Shown: positions 26,101-38,089 of the stretch, piece by piece
Position numbering within the stretch: the first letter of the stretch is position 1
Layout: each line of letters begins with the position of its first letter
NCBI RefSeq assembly: GCF_964204645.1
Contig: NC_134025.1
Location: forward strand, 28,314,299-28,378,298
DNA: 64,000 nt
From: Tubulanus polymorphus
Lineage: Eukaryota; Animalia; Nemertea
Direction of reading: 5' to 3'
The notes under the pieces: model-generated
Seen by the model: the letters and a program-made list of their open reading frames with translations, nothing else
Databases searched by the model: none
Told to the model about the DNA's origin: nothing
Made by a program: the position numbers and the translations under genes

Positions 26101-29100
26101 GACATGCCATAACCACTTCTGGAAGCAGTGAGTAATTTCATATCTCGGCTCTTTGACTCGGATTTAGTCACACTAGACGTCTACGGACAAAAAAAAATCT
26201 GATATAATACAAATATATATCGGCTTGAATCTAGATTATCTCGATCACAACAAACTACAGGAAATCATACAAAAACATAGCAACCATCACCAAGATTTTA
26301 AGCCCATTAAGGCAACTCGACAACTAATTTCACTTATAAGTATAAGTGCTACCAATAACCAATCAGTTAAACAGTTAATCAGTGTTCAGTTAAAGTCAAG
26401 AAACTATAGCGTTATATTTGTCAACTGCGGTGCCAGAGGATATTGAAATAAGAATTACGTTGTCGCGTAAATCATTCATGCTCATTTGGAATCTATTTGA
26501 ATGAAGTCCATCACTTTCTGTTCGCATAGCTTGCAATATAGTAGCTACGGCTTTAAAAGTTAATTTCTATAAGCAAAATAATTCGATTAAAAGATGATCA
26601 GTAATAGCATGAATTGATTCAATACATGTTTGATGCTAGAAAGCAAAGCAAATGGTCCCATCTTAAATCAGAAGGTCCTATAAAAACAATTCAATAAACT
26701 GACCTTTCTCTGAGATAACATATTGGCAGCTTCTCTCATTCCATTCTCAATAATCAGTATACTATCGTACAGATCCTGTGCTTTAAGTTTGATCGAATGC
26801 AACATATCGACAGTGAATTCTTCAGTTGGCTGAAAACAAACAAATCATTACGTACAAATGATACTTCATTAGGTTTAGCAGTTTTTCAAAAAACAAAATG
26901 ATGAAATTTACCCATATTTTGGAGAATGCTAAGTCAATGTCGAAGAATATCATTTCAGAAATCTTAGTGATTGTGTTGACTATTTTGGTTGATATGATTT
27001 CATTGACTCGTTCAACTTGATATTTCAATTTTGCAGTCGCGGTGTGAACTTGATGTAGAAATGCATCTGAAAGCAGAATAGTAATTAGATCAATTCAGCC
27101 TTGAATAACAATTCGAGTTCCAAAGTTTTAAGAAATCTTACCAATATTCATGCTATTCCAAGCTAATGTAGAAAGTCCTGGTTGAAGCTGTTGTTTAACA
27201 GATTCGATGCTGTTCACAAATAAACCTTTAAAAGGTGCGGGGATTGCTTCGCGAACATCTCGGAACTCTTTCAAACAGTGCTCGATGTTGTCCTTGTATT
27301 TCTTGAATCGTAATTCTTGCTGTAAAACGACCATGGCCGATTCGGGAATCTGAATCCCTAAACGCATCAACCATTTCGCTTCTTGTATCAATTCCACAAC
27401 TCTGAAAGATTAGAACCATGAATTGATATGAAGTTTATCAAAATTGACTGGATAAATCTCAAAAATTTTTTAAATATGAATGAAGAATAGAATATTTTAC
27501 CCTTCATCAGTATTAGCAACAATTTCCTTAGTCTGCGGATGATGAATAAGAAGTGTAGCTTTCAATCCGATCTTCGCTTGTTCGATATGAGCTCGAAGTT
27601 GTCCAAACCACAAACTCTCAAACGTCACTAAAGCGGTCGCTAGTTTATTATAGATTCTCACGATACGACCGTAATCTTGAAGACACGTGACAGCTTTTGT
27701 TTCTTTGAAAATACGCATCGGATCCTCGATTTGATGAAGCAACTGGCGAGACCAGAAAATTGCACCGGCAACCGGGGGTGCATTCCTGGGCATCGGTGGG
27801 TTTTCCTAAATATCAGAATATTTAATACATACCGGTATATGTATAATTGATGAATCCAATTTAATGATATTCTAGCGAATGACAGCAGTATTTACCTTAT
27901 GCTTCTCATAAGCTTTCTGTACTTCGATCAAATCATCTTCGTACATATTGAAAATATCGACGTATTTCTCAGCGATGACGTGTTTTACTCCGTGACGATG
28001 AAGTATTGGAGAAAATCTAAAATAGACGCATTCGATTAGTGCTTGATGAAATTATAGAAACATTAATGCTCGACGGGGAAGATTGCTTACTTCGTAAGAA
28101 GCTGTAAACTTTCTTGTGTTTTCATTTTGCGAGCGAGCACAGCGTGAATATACGCTTCGATAAAACTTTCCAATTCTTTAACGATGTTCTGAAAGCTTGC
28201 GTAAGCCTCGTTGAAAATACCTTTCTCCTGTGATGAGAAATAGATGTAGATAAATCGAGATATAGAAATCTAATAAGATTTTATGACCTATAACTATAGA
28301 AATAGGAAGATCATATCGATGAATTCCGGAATTTAAAGGTACAATAACATTGAGTGGTTACTGATCATAATTTGGACAGATTAGAATAAAATTTCTCAAA
28401 CTTCAAACATTCTTAAACTTTGTGTATAAATTCTGAGCTCCGCAGTATATGGCCGTAGAAAGGGGATGAAAATATTTTTCATGATTTTAACGTTTTTTTC
28501 AAAATTTTTTAAGTACATATTCATTTTTCACATCATTCTACCCCCTGAAATTTGACGTACCTTGCTTTCTACATCAAGCATTACTTTCGTATTAACAGCT
28601 TCTAACATCGATTGTTTCATATCATTGATATGATCGCGTACAATCGATATCACACTCGGGCCATCATCAGTATCCTCCATGTGATAATATCGTTCAAGAA
28701 TATCGACCTCGTCTTGAGTCAACCCTTGAGAACCGTACAGCATTTCATAGATATAATTATCATGCGGAGATTTCTCGGCCTCATGAGCTTCATCGGCGAA
28801 CTCCGGAGGTAACTCAATACTGTTATGAGCTTCTTCCTTTTCTTGAGGTTGCGGAACATCTTTCTCTTGGCTAACGACGATTTTAACCTCTCCAGCTGTG
28901 TTCTCTTGTTGTTCGTTGCCCAGTTCTTCATCTTCGGTTATTGTGATCAGATTTCCGTGTTCGGATACAGAAGGTATCACGGGATGTGGTTTTCCATCTT
29001 CATTTGGTTTAGGCGGGGGTAAATCTGTGGGGAAAATACCAAATCAACTCAAGTGAAACTGGTAGCCTATTATCATTAGAGCTAAGAGTTGATATTGAGG

Positions 29101-31796
29101 AGTTTTTTACCTTCAACGGAATGTGTTTCAAATTTGTGAGAGACATTTTTCTTACTGAGCGATTCTTCGACAACAATATCTTCTTTTCTCGGACGCGGAA
29201 TTCCACTGATTTGTTGAATTACTCTATGATTATAAAACATAAGAATATAACTATTCTACTATCACTCTTGGGATGGCTGGAGGTTGGTAAAAAATTATTC
29301 TAACTGAACTTACCGTTGATATTGACATAAAGTGTTAATAACTTCAGTGACTTGTCTCACGCGTGAACAGAACTCATCAAAATGTCCCACAATTCCCTCT
29401 TCATCGGTCATCGCGATGCCATAATCGCAAACAGATGATGAATTCTTCTTGCTCGGTGACTGACCCGGGGTCAAACGAGTTGACTTCTGATTTATTACGC
29501 TAGGTCGTTCTTTCTGACTGTAAGAAAATTAAACGTGTTACAAAATCAAAACTCGCCTACAAATTTCCCTTCCATAAATGTTTAGTTTAATTAGTTACGT
29601 CTACTCACAGCTGAGCCGTACTATTCGGGGAGAGGCTCGTAATGGATCCGAAATGTGACAAGCTGTGAAGCCCGATACCATCACGCATGTTCCTTATTGC
29701 CTCTTTATAGGTCGTATGAACTGACAAACATACTTTCAACCGATCCATCAAACTTTTGTCCAGCACAGTTTGAGACGATTTCAAATCACGTTGTTTCTTC
29801 GACTGAAATGTTTGAATAATTCTACAAGTCATTCTCAATTCAGTAAATAGTGTGGATAGTTTTAAGATGATGAACTTACACGAAGTTTGCTATCAACTTG
29901 AGTTTTCAATTGTTTCATCCGTGCGTCAAAGTTATTGGATGTATCATTTTGTTGACTTTCCTGATCGATTACTTCCCATAAGCAATCATAATCATCATCC
30001 AAACAGAGCTCCTTGATGTGCGCCTTGCAGATCAATACGATTTGATTTGTAATCTGAAAATATACACATGAAATAACACCACTGTTTGATATGAACTTGA
30101 GTAATAATGGAACTAATTTTTCATTGATCAATTTGATTTTTCATACCTTGTTGAGAAGGAAACCGAGATAACCCTGCCTCGCATAGAAACGAGAAACTGA
30201 ATCCATCTGTTTCAAACTGTTCATCAGATTCGGTAGGGCAGTATTGATTATCGTAGATGGCGTTGCTTCGTAATAGAATTGATCGAGATGACGTTTGATC
30301 GAATCCAGAAATTTCACCTTGTCTTTAGCATCGTTCAACGAATCGGTAATACTGAAATCATAAACAGACTATTAGAGCCATAATTCAAATAGCAGAAGGA
30401 GGTTTAGCAAATTACTTTAAATTCATACTTCGCATCAATCATTTTCCACTTTTTGAGCAGTTTTGATTTAGCAGCAATGAGCGTTCCGATCACCGCTTTA
30501 CATTCTTTTCCTTTCAATTGTTCCGTTATACTGACTAACATTCTCTGACGCCGGCGCCACCTATCAAACTCTATTAACGGCCCCGATAACAAATCTTGCA
30601 ATCTGTAAAATAAAATTTTCACATGTAATGTATACAAGGGATTCCACCAGTACAAATAGAAATGTTCTCTACAATCTTACCGCTCTTCACCATTATCAAT
30701 GATCACATTTTCTATGGTAGTAATCCAATCAGTAACTAGTTCCTCATACTCTGCTATAATACCCTGATCTAACGCGGCCATTCTCTGCTGTTTGTATTCA
30801 TTACTAACAACATTTTCCGGTTGTCTCAGCATCTGCAGTAATAACATAAAATAGAATATATCTAAGCAAATAATTCAATAAAATGTACCAGTTATGTAAA
30901 ATGTACTACAAACCCAGTAATTGGTATTCGAAAATCCCCAAGTTTTTCCCTAATACATGGGGGATTTTTTAATTTTGGTTAAAATGGAAATGGGGCCTTC
31001 ATGTGATAAGTGAACACGATCACACTATAGAAGTATCGACATTTTAATGGCGACTGATTGATAAAGGTGATTAATTTTCAAGGAAAATTGTTGAAAGCGA
31101 GTTCCTTGACATCCCAAAACTATGCTACATGAAGTTTAAAATGAGTTGCCTAGAGAAATATCGATACTATTCTCAAAAATTTCCAACCCGGGAAATATTA
31201 TTTTGAAATTCCAAAAAAAGATTTTCCGCATTTCCCGGTACTGTGTGGGAACCATGACATACCATTTGTTTAGTACTGTGTAAACTAGTAGTACCAGCGG
31301 CTGAATCTGATAAAGCATGGATACATTTCTCCATGTTTGTAATAAAATGGGTTTGCTGTTCAGCTGTGCACATGCCCCAATCCTTTTTACATTTCAGTAA
31401 CGGGATACAAGCTTCCGATAGTAACGAATGTAAAGATTCCATTGTCTGAGCTTTCAGCTCACCGCAATAAACATCTTTCTCCATATGAACAGGATCGACG
31501 TCGCGTTCGACATCGTGCCGAATAAAAAACAGCACGGAAACCTCTTCCAGGTTTACATCTTTCAAATTAGTGAGATTTCCGGTGACGTGCAACTGACGAC
31601 TAAAAGGCGTATTCGAATCCGGTTTATCCGTATAGAAAAATAACCTCCGCGGACCGTGCGCTCCAAGAAACTGATTTATAATTTGAAGAGTATCGTCTCT
31701 GCACATAAAATCCTCGAGCAGAGTCGGATTGTCAAATCCACCGACATGAAAACTCTCCTGGATTTTACTCGTGATCCACCAATGTCGCTCATCCAT
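2141..31796 (-). CDS. Divergent axonemal dynein heavy chain, closest to outer-arm gamma type (DNAH5/DNAH8-like); many short exons, not all enumerated
   Basis: Start 'MDERHWW' at 31796. Tail 'MPRNAPPVAGAIFWSRQL'; linker 'WLEVQDLWQYLEAVF', 'RRAFPRFFFVSDP'. AAA1 'GGTGSGKTET' and 'WGCFDE'; AAA2 'GPPGSGKS' and 'SPATVSRAG'; AAA3 'GPPGSGKT' and 'FIDDLNLP'. Stalk/MTBD; AAA5 'VGDHEVECQPSFRLFI'. C-terminus 'LTPFNIYIQREI', 'YWLGAFFNPRG', 'PPPEGMFIYG', 'WSLRGLSATC'. Stop TGA at 2141-2143. Confidence 0.93.
12747..12860 (+). mobile_element. Dispersed ~110-nt repeat, copy 1, with hammerhead-ribozyme-like head (Penelope-like terminal repeat remnant), in a dynein intron
   Basis: CAGACGATGATCTCTAGGGTGAGATCGAAACGTCG followed by an AT-rich tail; homologous to the reverse complement of 58521-58621. 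Confidence 0.65.
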
Positions 31797-32137
31797 GTTC
31801 AATGTCTATTCATTCAGCCATCAGCTATGACGTCACTCGTTTCTGTTCCTAAATCAATAGATAATAACTTCTTATCGATTGATGTTAGATTGACAGCTAG
31901 CAATAAAATTAATTGATTTTGATTGTATCATGTTTCAGCTGAATTTTAAGTGTTATTTTATTGTTTTAACGTTAGATATTCACTGTTAATTCGTTAGATA
32001 GGATTCAATCATTCAAAGTGTTATTGCCGTTGGTTATTCATCGGTTAAACTGCTCTACATTTCCTTTCAAACAGTTTTTTGTCAAAGTTTTATCCCAAAA
32101 ACGATACGGTACCGGAAATGATATATTATAGTGTACA

Positions 32138-32151
32138 GTATCCATAACAAC
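32138..32151. promoter_or_regulatory. RFX X-box upstream of the dynein gene
   Basis: GTATCCATAACAAC matches the X-box consensus GTHNYY-AT-RRNAAC exactly. It lies about 340 nt upstream of the dynein ATG, in the divergent dynein/MPPED promoter. Confidence 0.6.
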
Positions 32152-32560
32152 AAGAAGCGAACTGTGGCACGCGAGAAACGACGAGAGGGCGCCACTATAC
32201 GGTAATAGTAACAGTGATTTCTGACAGGTAAATAAGTATTCTGTCTGTGTTAATTCTATGATCGATAGTTCCATCAGTCATTTGAAAAATTAATCCATAT
32301 TTACGACTCTCTATATATGATTTATGTCACCAGACTGGGGGTGATTGTTATTCTGAATACTGAGACATTTTAGAAAAAGTGAGTGTATGGCCCGATCTCA
32401 CTGACTGACTGTTGTTGTCCAATTTCGTAACTGCTAATAATAGATTTGCCCCCACTATTCCTATATAGAAAGTATTTTGTATACAGGAATAGTTCAGTTT
32501 ACGTCACAGTAACGTTTTGTGATAGAAAACATATTTTACTTTAAATCAATTTTTTCCAGA

Positions 32561-33577
32561 ATGGATCGTTTGAGAATTCCAAAACCTCCACCGCCGCAGG
32601 AGGTCACTGCTCTACCACTGACAACTCCTGTATCCTCAGGAAATGTACGCTTCGTTTGTATATCTGACACGCATTCTCGGACACAAAAACTGGAAATACC
32701 TCCTGGAGACATTCTCATACATGCCGGTGATTTCTCGAATGAAGGACGTATTTCGGAAGTAGCTAATTTCAATAAATTTTTAGCTTCGTTGCCTCATACC
32801 CGTAAGATAGTAATCGCCGGAAATCATGAACTATCGTTTGATCCAGAGACGAATATGATCTCTTACGATCAGATGTTAAAAGAACTTCACGGTAAAGATA
32901 ATATACGTGACCTGCTGACCGATTGCACTTATTTAGAGGATAGCGCTACCGATGTATTTGGTTATAAAATCTATGGTTCTCCATGGTACGTCTTTTATGG
33001 TTGATGACTGAAGTCAATAATCAATTTGAATTTTCATTCTTGTCATCTGTCAATTTTTCAGGCAACCCGAATTCATGGGATGGGCTTACAATTTGCCACG
33101 AGGAAAAGCATTACGAGAAAAATGGGACATGATACCGACTGACACAGATATATTGATAACTCATGGTCCACCATACGGTATAACCTTTGAAGTATCTGTT
33201 GTATACTGAATGTAGATGTATTTGTTTACATACAGTTAATGGTACCTTGCAGGACATGGTGATGTCACTAGAGGTAGGAACAATGTTGGTTGTGAAGAAC
33301 TTCTGAAGACGATACAACTGAGAGTCAAACCGTTGTACCATATATTTGGACACATACATGAAGGTATATAGTCCAGCGCAAGAAATGATATCAGTTAAAA
33401 TCTACAAATTGGAAAATTGAAATGAATTAATTTTTTGTTTTAGGCTATGGAATAACTACTGATGGTACAACAAACTATATAAATGCATCAACATGTACTA
33501 TCATGTACAAACCTTTAAATCCACCGATAATATTCGACCTTCCCCTAAAAGATGGCGTCACTAAGGAAAAACATTGA
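32561..33577 (+). CDS. MPPED1: Metallophosphoesterase domain-containing protein (MPPED1/MPPED2, 239FB family), 4 coding exons
   Basis: All motifs present in frame across GT-AG introns: 'RFVCISDTH', 'LIHAGDF', 'IAGNHELSFD', 'YGSPW|QPEF', 'LITHGPPYG', 'FGHIHEGYG', 'YINASTC', 'NPPIIFDLP'. Stop TGA at 33575-33577. Confidence 0.93.
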
Positions 33578-34172
33578 AATTGTTGAATTTGGTCAGCTGA
33601 AAATGCTTCATCTGTGATAGGTTAATGGTGCTAACAAATTATTATAGTTAGAATCAAGTGTGCTGTGTGTCCTCCTCAGGAATGTAAATAATCAATCTAT
33701 AAAACTGTATTATAATATACAATTTATTTCTAAATGCTGTGGTATGCAATTAGACACAATTCAACAAGGAAAATGCAACATACATTTCAGATTTCATTTG
33801 CCAAACATTATAATACTCACTGTACGTTAAAGTTAATAAATACATCTACATAATTCATCAAAAATAGCAATTAGTTAAATTTTTTATTGAGTACAAATTG
33901 GATTTAACGGCTACTCTTTATCAACTGAAAACTCTCGGGAGCCACAAAGAAGGTTTGATACCTAGCATTTCTGAATGATCTTGAAATGAAGCCAAAGATT
34001 CCGTACATAGTTACAAAAATTTACAATTCATTAAAAAAACTGGATACTCAATATCGTTTATTATTTTGAGTATTTCATTGAATTCATTCACTGAAGCTGA
34101 CAATATGATTCGAAGTCGAATCATGTAAGAAAATTTCTTCACAGTCTGTTTTACATTTTTTAGCGAATGGTC

Positions 34173-36667
34173 TCACGATTCAGCTGCTGGTTGAGTTTCA
34201 GGCTCTGATTCCCCTGATTCGCCCGGGACCCACAGACCAGAATCAACACATCGTTTTATATGATATTCCGCCTCCTCTTTCGGAAACTTTGTAATTGCTT
34301 CTTGTAACAGCGCAATATCTTTTTTCTCAAAACATTCTTGCAATTCCTTGAATAAGAAAAAACAGAGGGTCAAGGAATAGATTTGGCACTATACTGAAGT
34401 TTGTAGGTCGACTTGTCAAAGCTGAACTTCAGAGAATGAGATTAGCTCACCTTTGGTAATGATTCGAACACTTCTTGAGGGTCCAGACCTCCCGGTCCTA
34501 ATCGCTTTTGACGTTCCTCCTGAAATTGAAATGAAAGATCATTCATAACGATACCAACGTAAACAGATCTGAAACATGTTTGATTGGTAACTAACTTCTT
34601 CATATTCGCGCACAGCTTCATCAATACGGGCCTGAGCACGTTTTCTAATCCTTTCCTTGAATGAATCTAATTCGTCGTCAAAAGCTTCCATGTACTGCTT
34701 TTCAGCCATTTTGATTCTACAAATATAATAACCACCGGAATAAGAAAAAGTTTGCCATTTTTAACAAATTTTTTTTACGGGCAGCAAACATCTACAATAC
34801 CAGTACACACCGTGAGAAAAATGGGCCGATACATTCCCTCGGATCTCGGTCTAAAGATTGAGCTAACTGCAGAATAAACTGCATCACTATAGTTTGATGA
34901 GCAACATGTTCCATTAGTGATGTTTTCTGAAATAAAAGTAATATTGTAAGACCCAATAACTACATACAATTCTCTCCAATCAAATCAAATATACGTAACA
35001 TAATCTTACTTCTTCGACTTGTAAATTGATGCACCAAATCACTAGATGATTCGCAGATTCATCACAAACCAAGTCTCGATTCTGGAGCAGATACTCTTGA
35101 CTGTCTTCATACTTTCTCATCATTCCAAACTTTTCTATTCTACTCTTATTTTCTTTGACAAATTTTTGCTATGAAATGACAAATAGCCATAATGTTACTA
35201 ATTTGACAAATCCATCGCAACCAAAAACATATTTGAATATTCAAAAAATTCATGATGCCCAAAATTATATATTTACCAGTCTTTCAGCTTTTTCATCTTC
35301 AGTTAGTTCCTCTTTTTTCTTCGGAGTATTTTTATTTATGACCTAAAACAAACAAGAAATACTTGAATAATGTAAAGACCTGTGGTGTCAAAAGAACAAA
35401 CAAGACTTCAAATAATTTTCACTTACAGTCCGTGTTTTGCCGTCATGACAAAGTGTATCAACATTCCACGGAGTGAGCTGTAAACAAACATGAACAAAAT
35501 ACACATTACAAACTGAAGCAATTAACAAACCAAAAATACAGCTTAAGAAATACCAAACAAAATACCTTCTCTTGTTTCTTTAACTCATCTTCCTTCTTTT
35601 TCCAATCTATCTCTTGTTTTTCAATTTCGGCAGCTTTTATTTTCAGTTCATCAAGTTGTTCGGATAAACTTGGGTTCTAGAAAAAAATAATGGAAATATA
35701 TTTCAGTTCAGCGTAAGATGAGAAGCGACGAATTAAATCGGCTTGTAGATGATTGACTGATGTTTTACCTGTTCCGCTTCTTTTATCTTCTGCTGTATAG
35801 CTACCTTTTTCTTTTGGTGGCTGAAAAATAAATATGTTTCCCATGTTGCCTAAAAAAGTGTATTTTCCCTCTTTCCTCATTTAGAATTAGAAATACTTAC
35901 TCAGCTATTCCTTTTTCGAATGTTTCTCTTTTTTTCTTTTGTTCTTCCATGCGTTCTACTCGAGCTTGATGTTTCCATCGGAATAAACTGGCTGTATCGA
36001 CATTTGGATGGGTATCGTCTTCATCATCAGAGATCTAAACAAGAAAACAATTGGTAAAATACATTTTATTGAAAAAACAACAAAAATCTTCATAGCTAAA
36101 AATAATACGACGTGGCTCCGGTTAACGCATGCGCAATACAGTAGAATTCCGACTTGCAATAATTGGGATTCAAAACCAAATGAAAAATTAGTGGAGTCCT
36201 TTACCCACTGACTGAGCCACAGTACACGACTGGAAGCTGAGGGAGTTAACTCATATATAGCCTCAACTAACCCTAACCCTATTCCTTCACGCATGTGCAA
36301 ACGTAGATATAGTGTAGATTCTCTCGTAACCGGAGCCAGTTTAAAAATAATAATATAATATTAAAATCAAGGGAAATGGATTTGGAGTTTCACAATGAAA
36401 TTTGTGTGCAATCCTTTTTTTAGATGTTTTGATAAGTTATTAAGGTCGTTATTAGTAAGTAGGGATAGATGGAAGTGAACACTTTCTTTCCTCTCGGCTC
36501 CACCACCTCTCCGACTCTATCCCCCGGCCTGTCGTCAGTGTGTTGGTCTGCCTCTTCGACTTCGAACTACTAAAAGTAAGCTATAAATAGTAGACCTCTC
36601 ATATTTTTACATATACTCAATTTCTTACCTCTATATGATCCCATTTACTATAATCTAACCTTGACAT
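34173..36667 (-). CDS. CDC37: Hsp90 co-chaperone Cdc37
   Basis: '[13 protein letters not shown]|[30 protein letters not shown]', 'TPWNVDTL', '[17 protein letters not shown]', '[14 protein letters not shown]', '[17 protein letters not shown]', '[13 protein letters not shown]'. Confidence 0.97.
36113..36338. mobile_element. 226-bp MITE-like element with 12-bp terminal inverted repeats and an internal telomeric-type motif, in CDC37 intron 1
   Basis: TGGCTCCGGTTA (36113-36124) / TAACCGGAGCCA (36327-36338); CTAACCCTAACCCT at 36267-36280. No clear target-site duplication. Confidence 0.5.
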
Positions 36668-37614
36668 GTTACTGCGGCTTTAACTGCGGAATACCGATGA
36701 ATGAAAGGGAAAGGCAAAAGAAGGCAAAACCAGATTTCACACGATCGAATAAACTAGAAATAGAAAACCCGGAAGTAAGCCGTGGTTAATTCGTAGTCGA
36801 CGGAGTCAGTCATACTAATTATCCGCTTGGACACCGACAGAAATTAACACACATCGTCCTAGGTTTAAAACCGACTTGATATCTCTAGCCTAGGATTGAA
36901 AAAATTCTACTTGCGCCCGGAGTTACTCTTTTCAATGATTTATTTCTAGTCAAGTGAATTCCAGCGAGATATTTAAACCAAAATTGATTCACTTCAATAA
37001 AAATCAAAACTAACACAAAACGCCAGTCAGTGTGTTGCAAAATTAGATTTTATTTTATTAATTAATACGGATCAATGTATTTAAAAAGCGCTATAAAAAT
37101 GTTGAAATTCACATCAGATAAATTCTACCAATAATAAGAGAATGATTTAATCTCCACAATATAAAACATCACTAATGACATGATGAATTCAGTAATCTTC
37201 AGGTTATGTACCTGACATAGCCCCATCGATAAATGATTTGAGTACTAATCATTCTATCTTACACTCATGGAATACAACATACACTTCAACGGTAATACTA
37301 CTGTTTCCTATATATACTCCTTAACATAATTCAATTAATTCTAATTCTATTCATTTATAATTTGTCAAATAGATTAAGACGAGCCGTAGGCAGTGGTCTG
37401 TTGATATAAATAAAAATGATCATATACAAAGTTATTACAAAAAATATATACAAAAAAATTGGATTTACATCATATATATAAAATAGTATTTAATACACTC
37501 TACACAAATATTTCTAAAATTTTCATCTAATTTTCTTTCACTTGCCAAATCCTGTTGGCTGCATCATACATTGACCAGCAATGCAATACAATGCATGGAA
37601 GACACAAAAATAAT

Positions 37615-37712
37615 GGGACCCTAGTTCCATAATTTGAGCTAGATTTAACTCAGTCAGTCAATTTTCTAAGTCCTAAAATATGATGTAACTCAAAATTATG
37701 GAACTGCGTCCC
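37615..37712. mobile_element. ~98-bp MITE with ~24-bp imperfect TIRs (Tourist/Harbinger-like, inferred)
   Basis: Left end GGGACCCTAGTTCCATAATTTGAG; reverse complement of right end GGGACGCAGTTCCATAATTTTGAG. Confidence 0.65.
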
Positions 37713-38089
37713 CCGGGTTTGTCTGTCTAAGAACCATGAGCAGATGAGTGGTGATGTCACTGTCCATAGAACAGAATTCAAGATTCTTTAAGTTGATGTT
37801 AACAGGATAAATGCAGCAATAACAACGGATGAGTGAAATGGAAGAACTAAGCTGCCTTTAGTTTCAGTTCTCAATACTAAGTCTCACACTAAGTTTCACA
37901 ATACTCTAAAACACAAGTGCAATTCACCGTACAGACAATACCTATCTAAAACGCCTCAACCTCTGAATGTCTGGACGTTGTTTTGTAAAAATTCTATAAA
38001 TTCAACTAGAAATAAATAATAGAAATAACACTCATTACAGCATTATGATAAAATCTATAATTCCTCACTGCATTCGAATAATAATGAAC

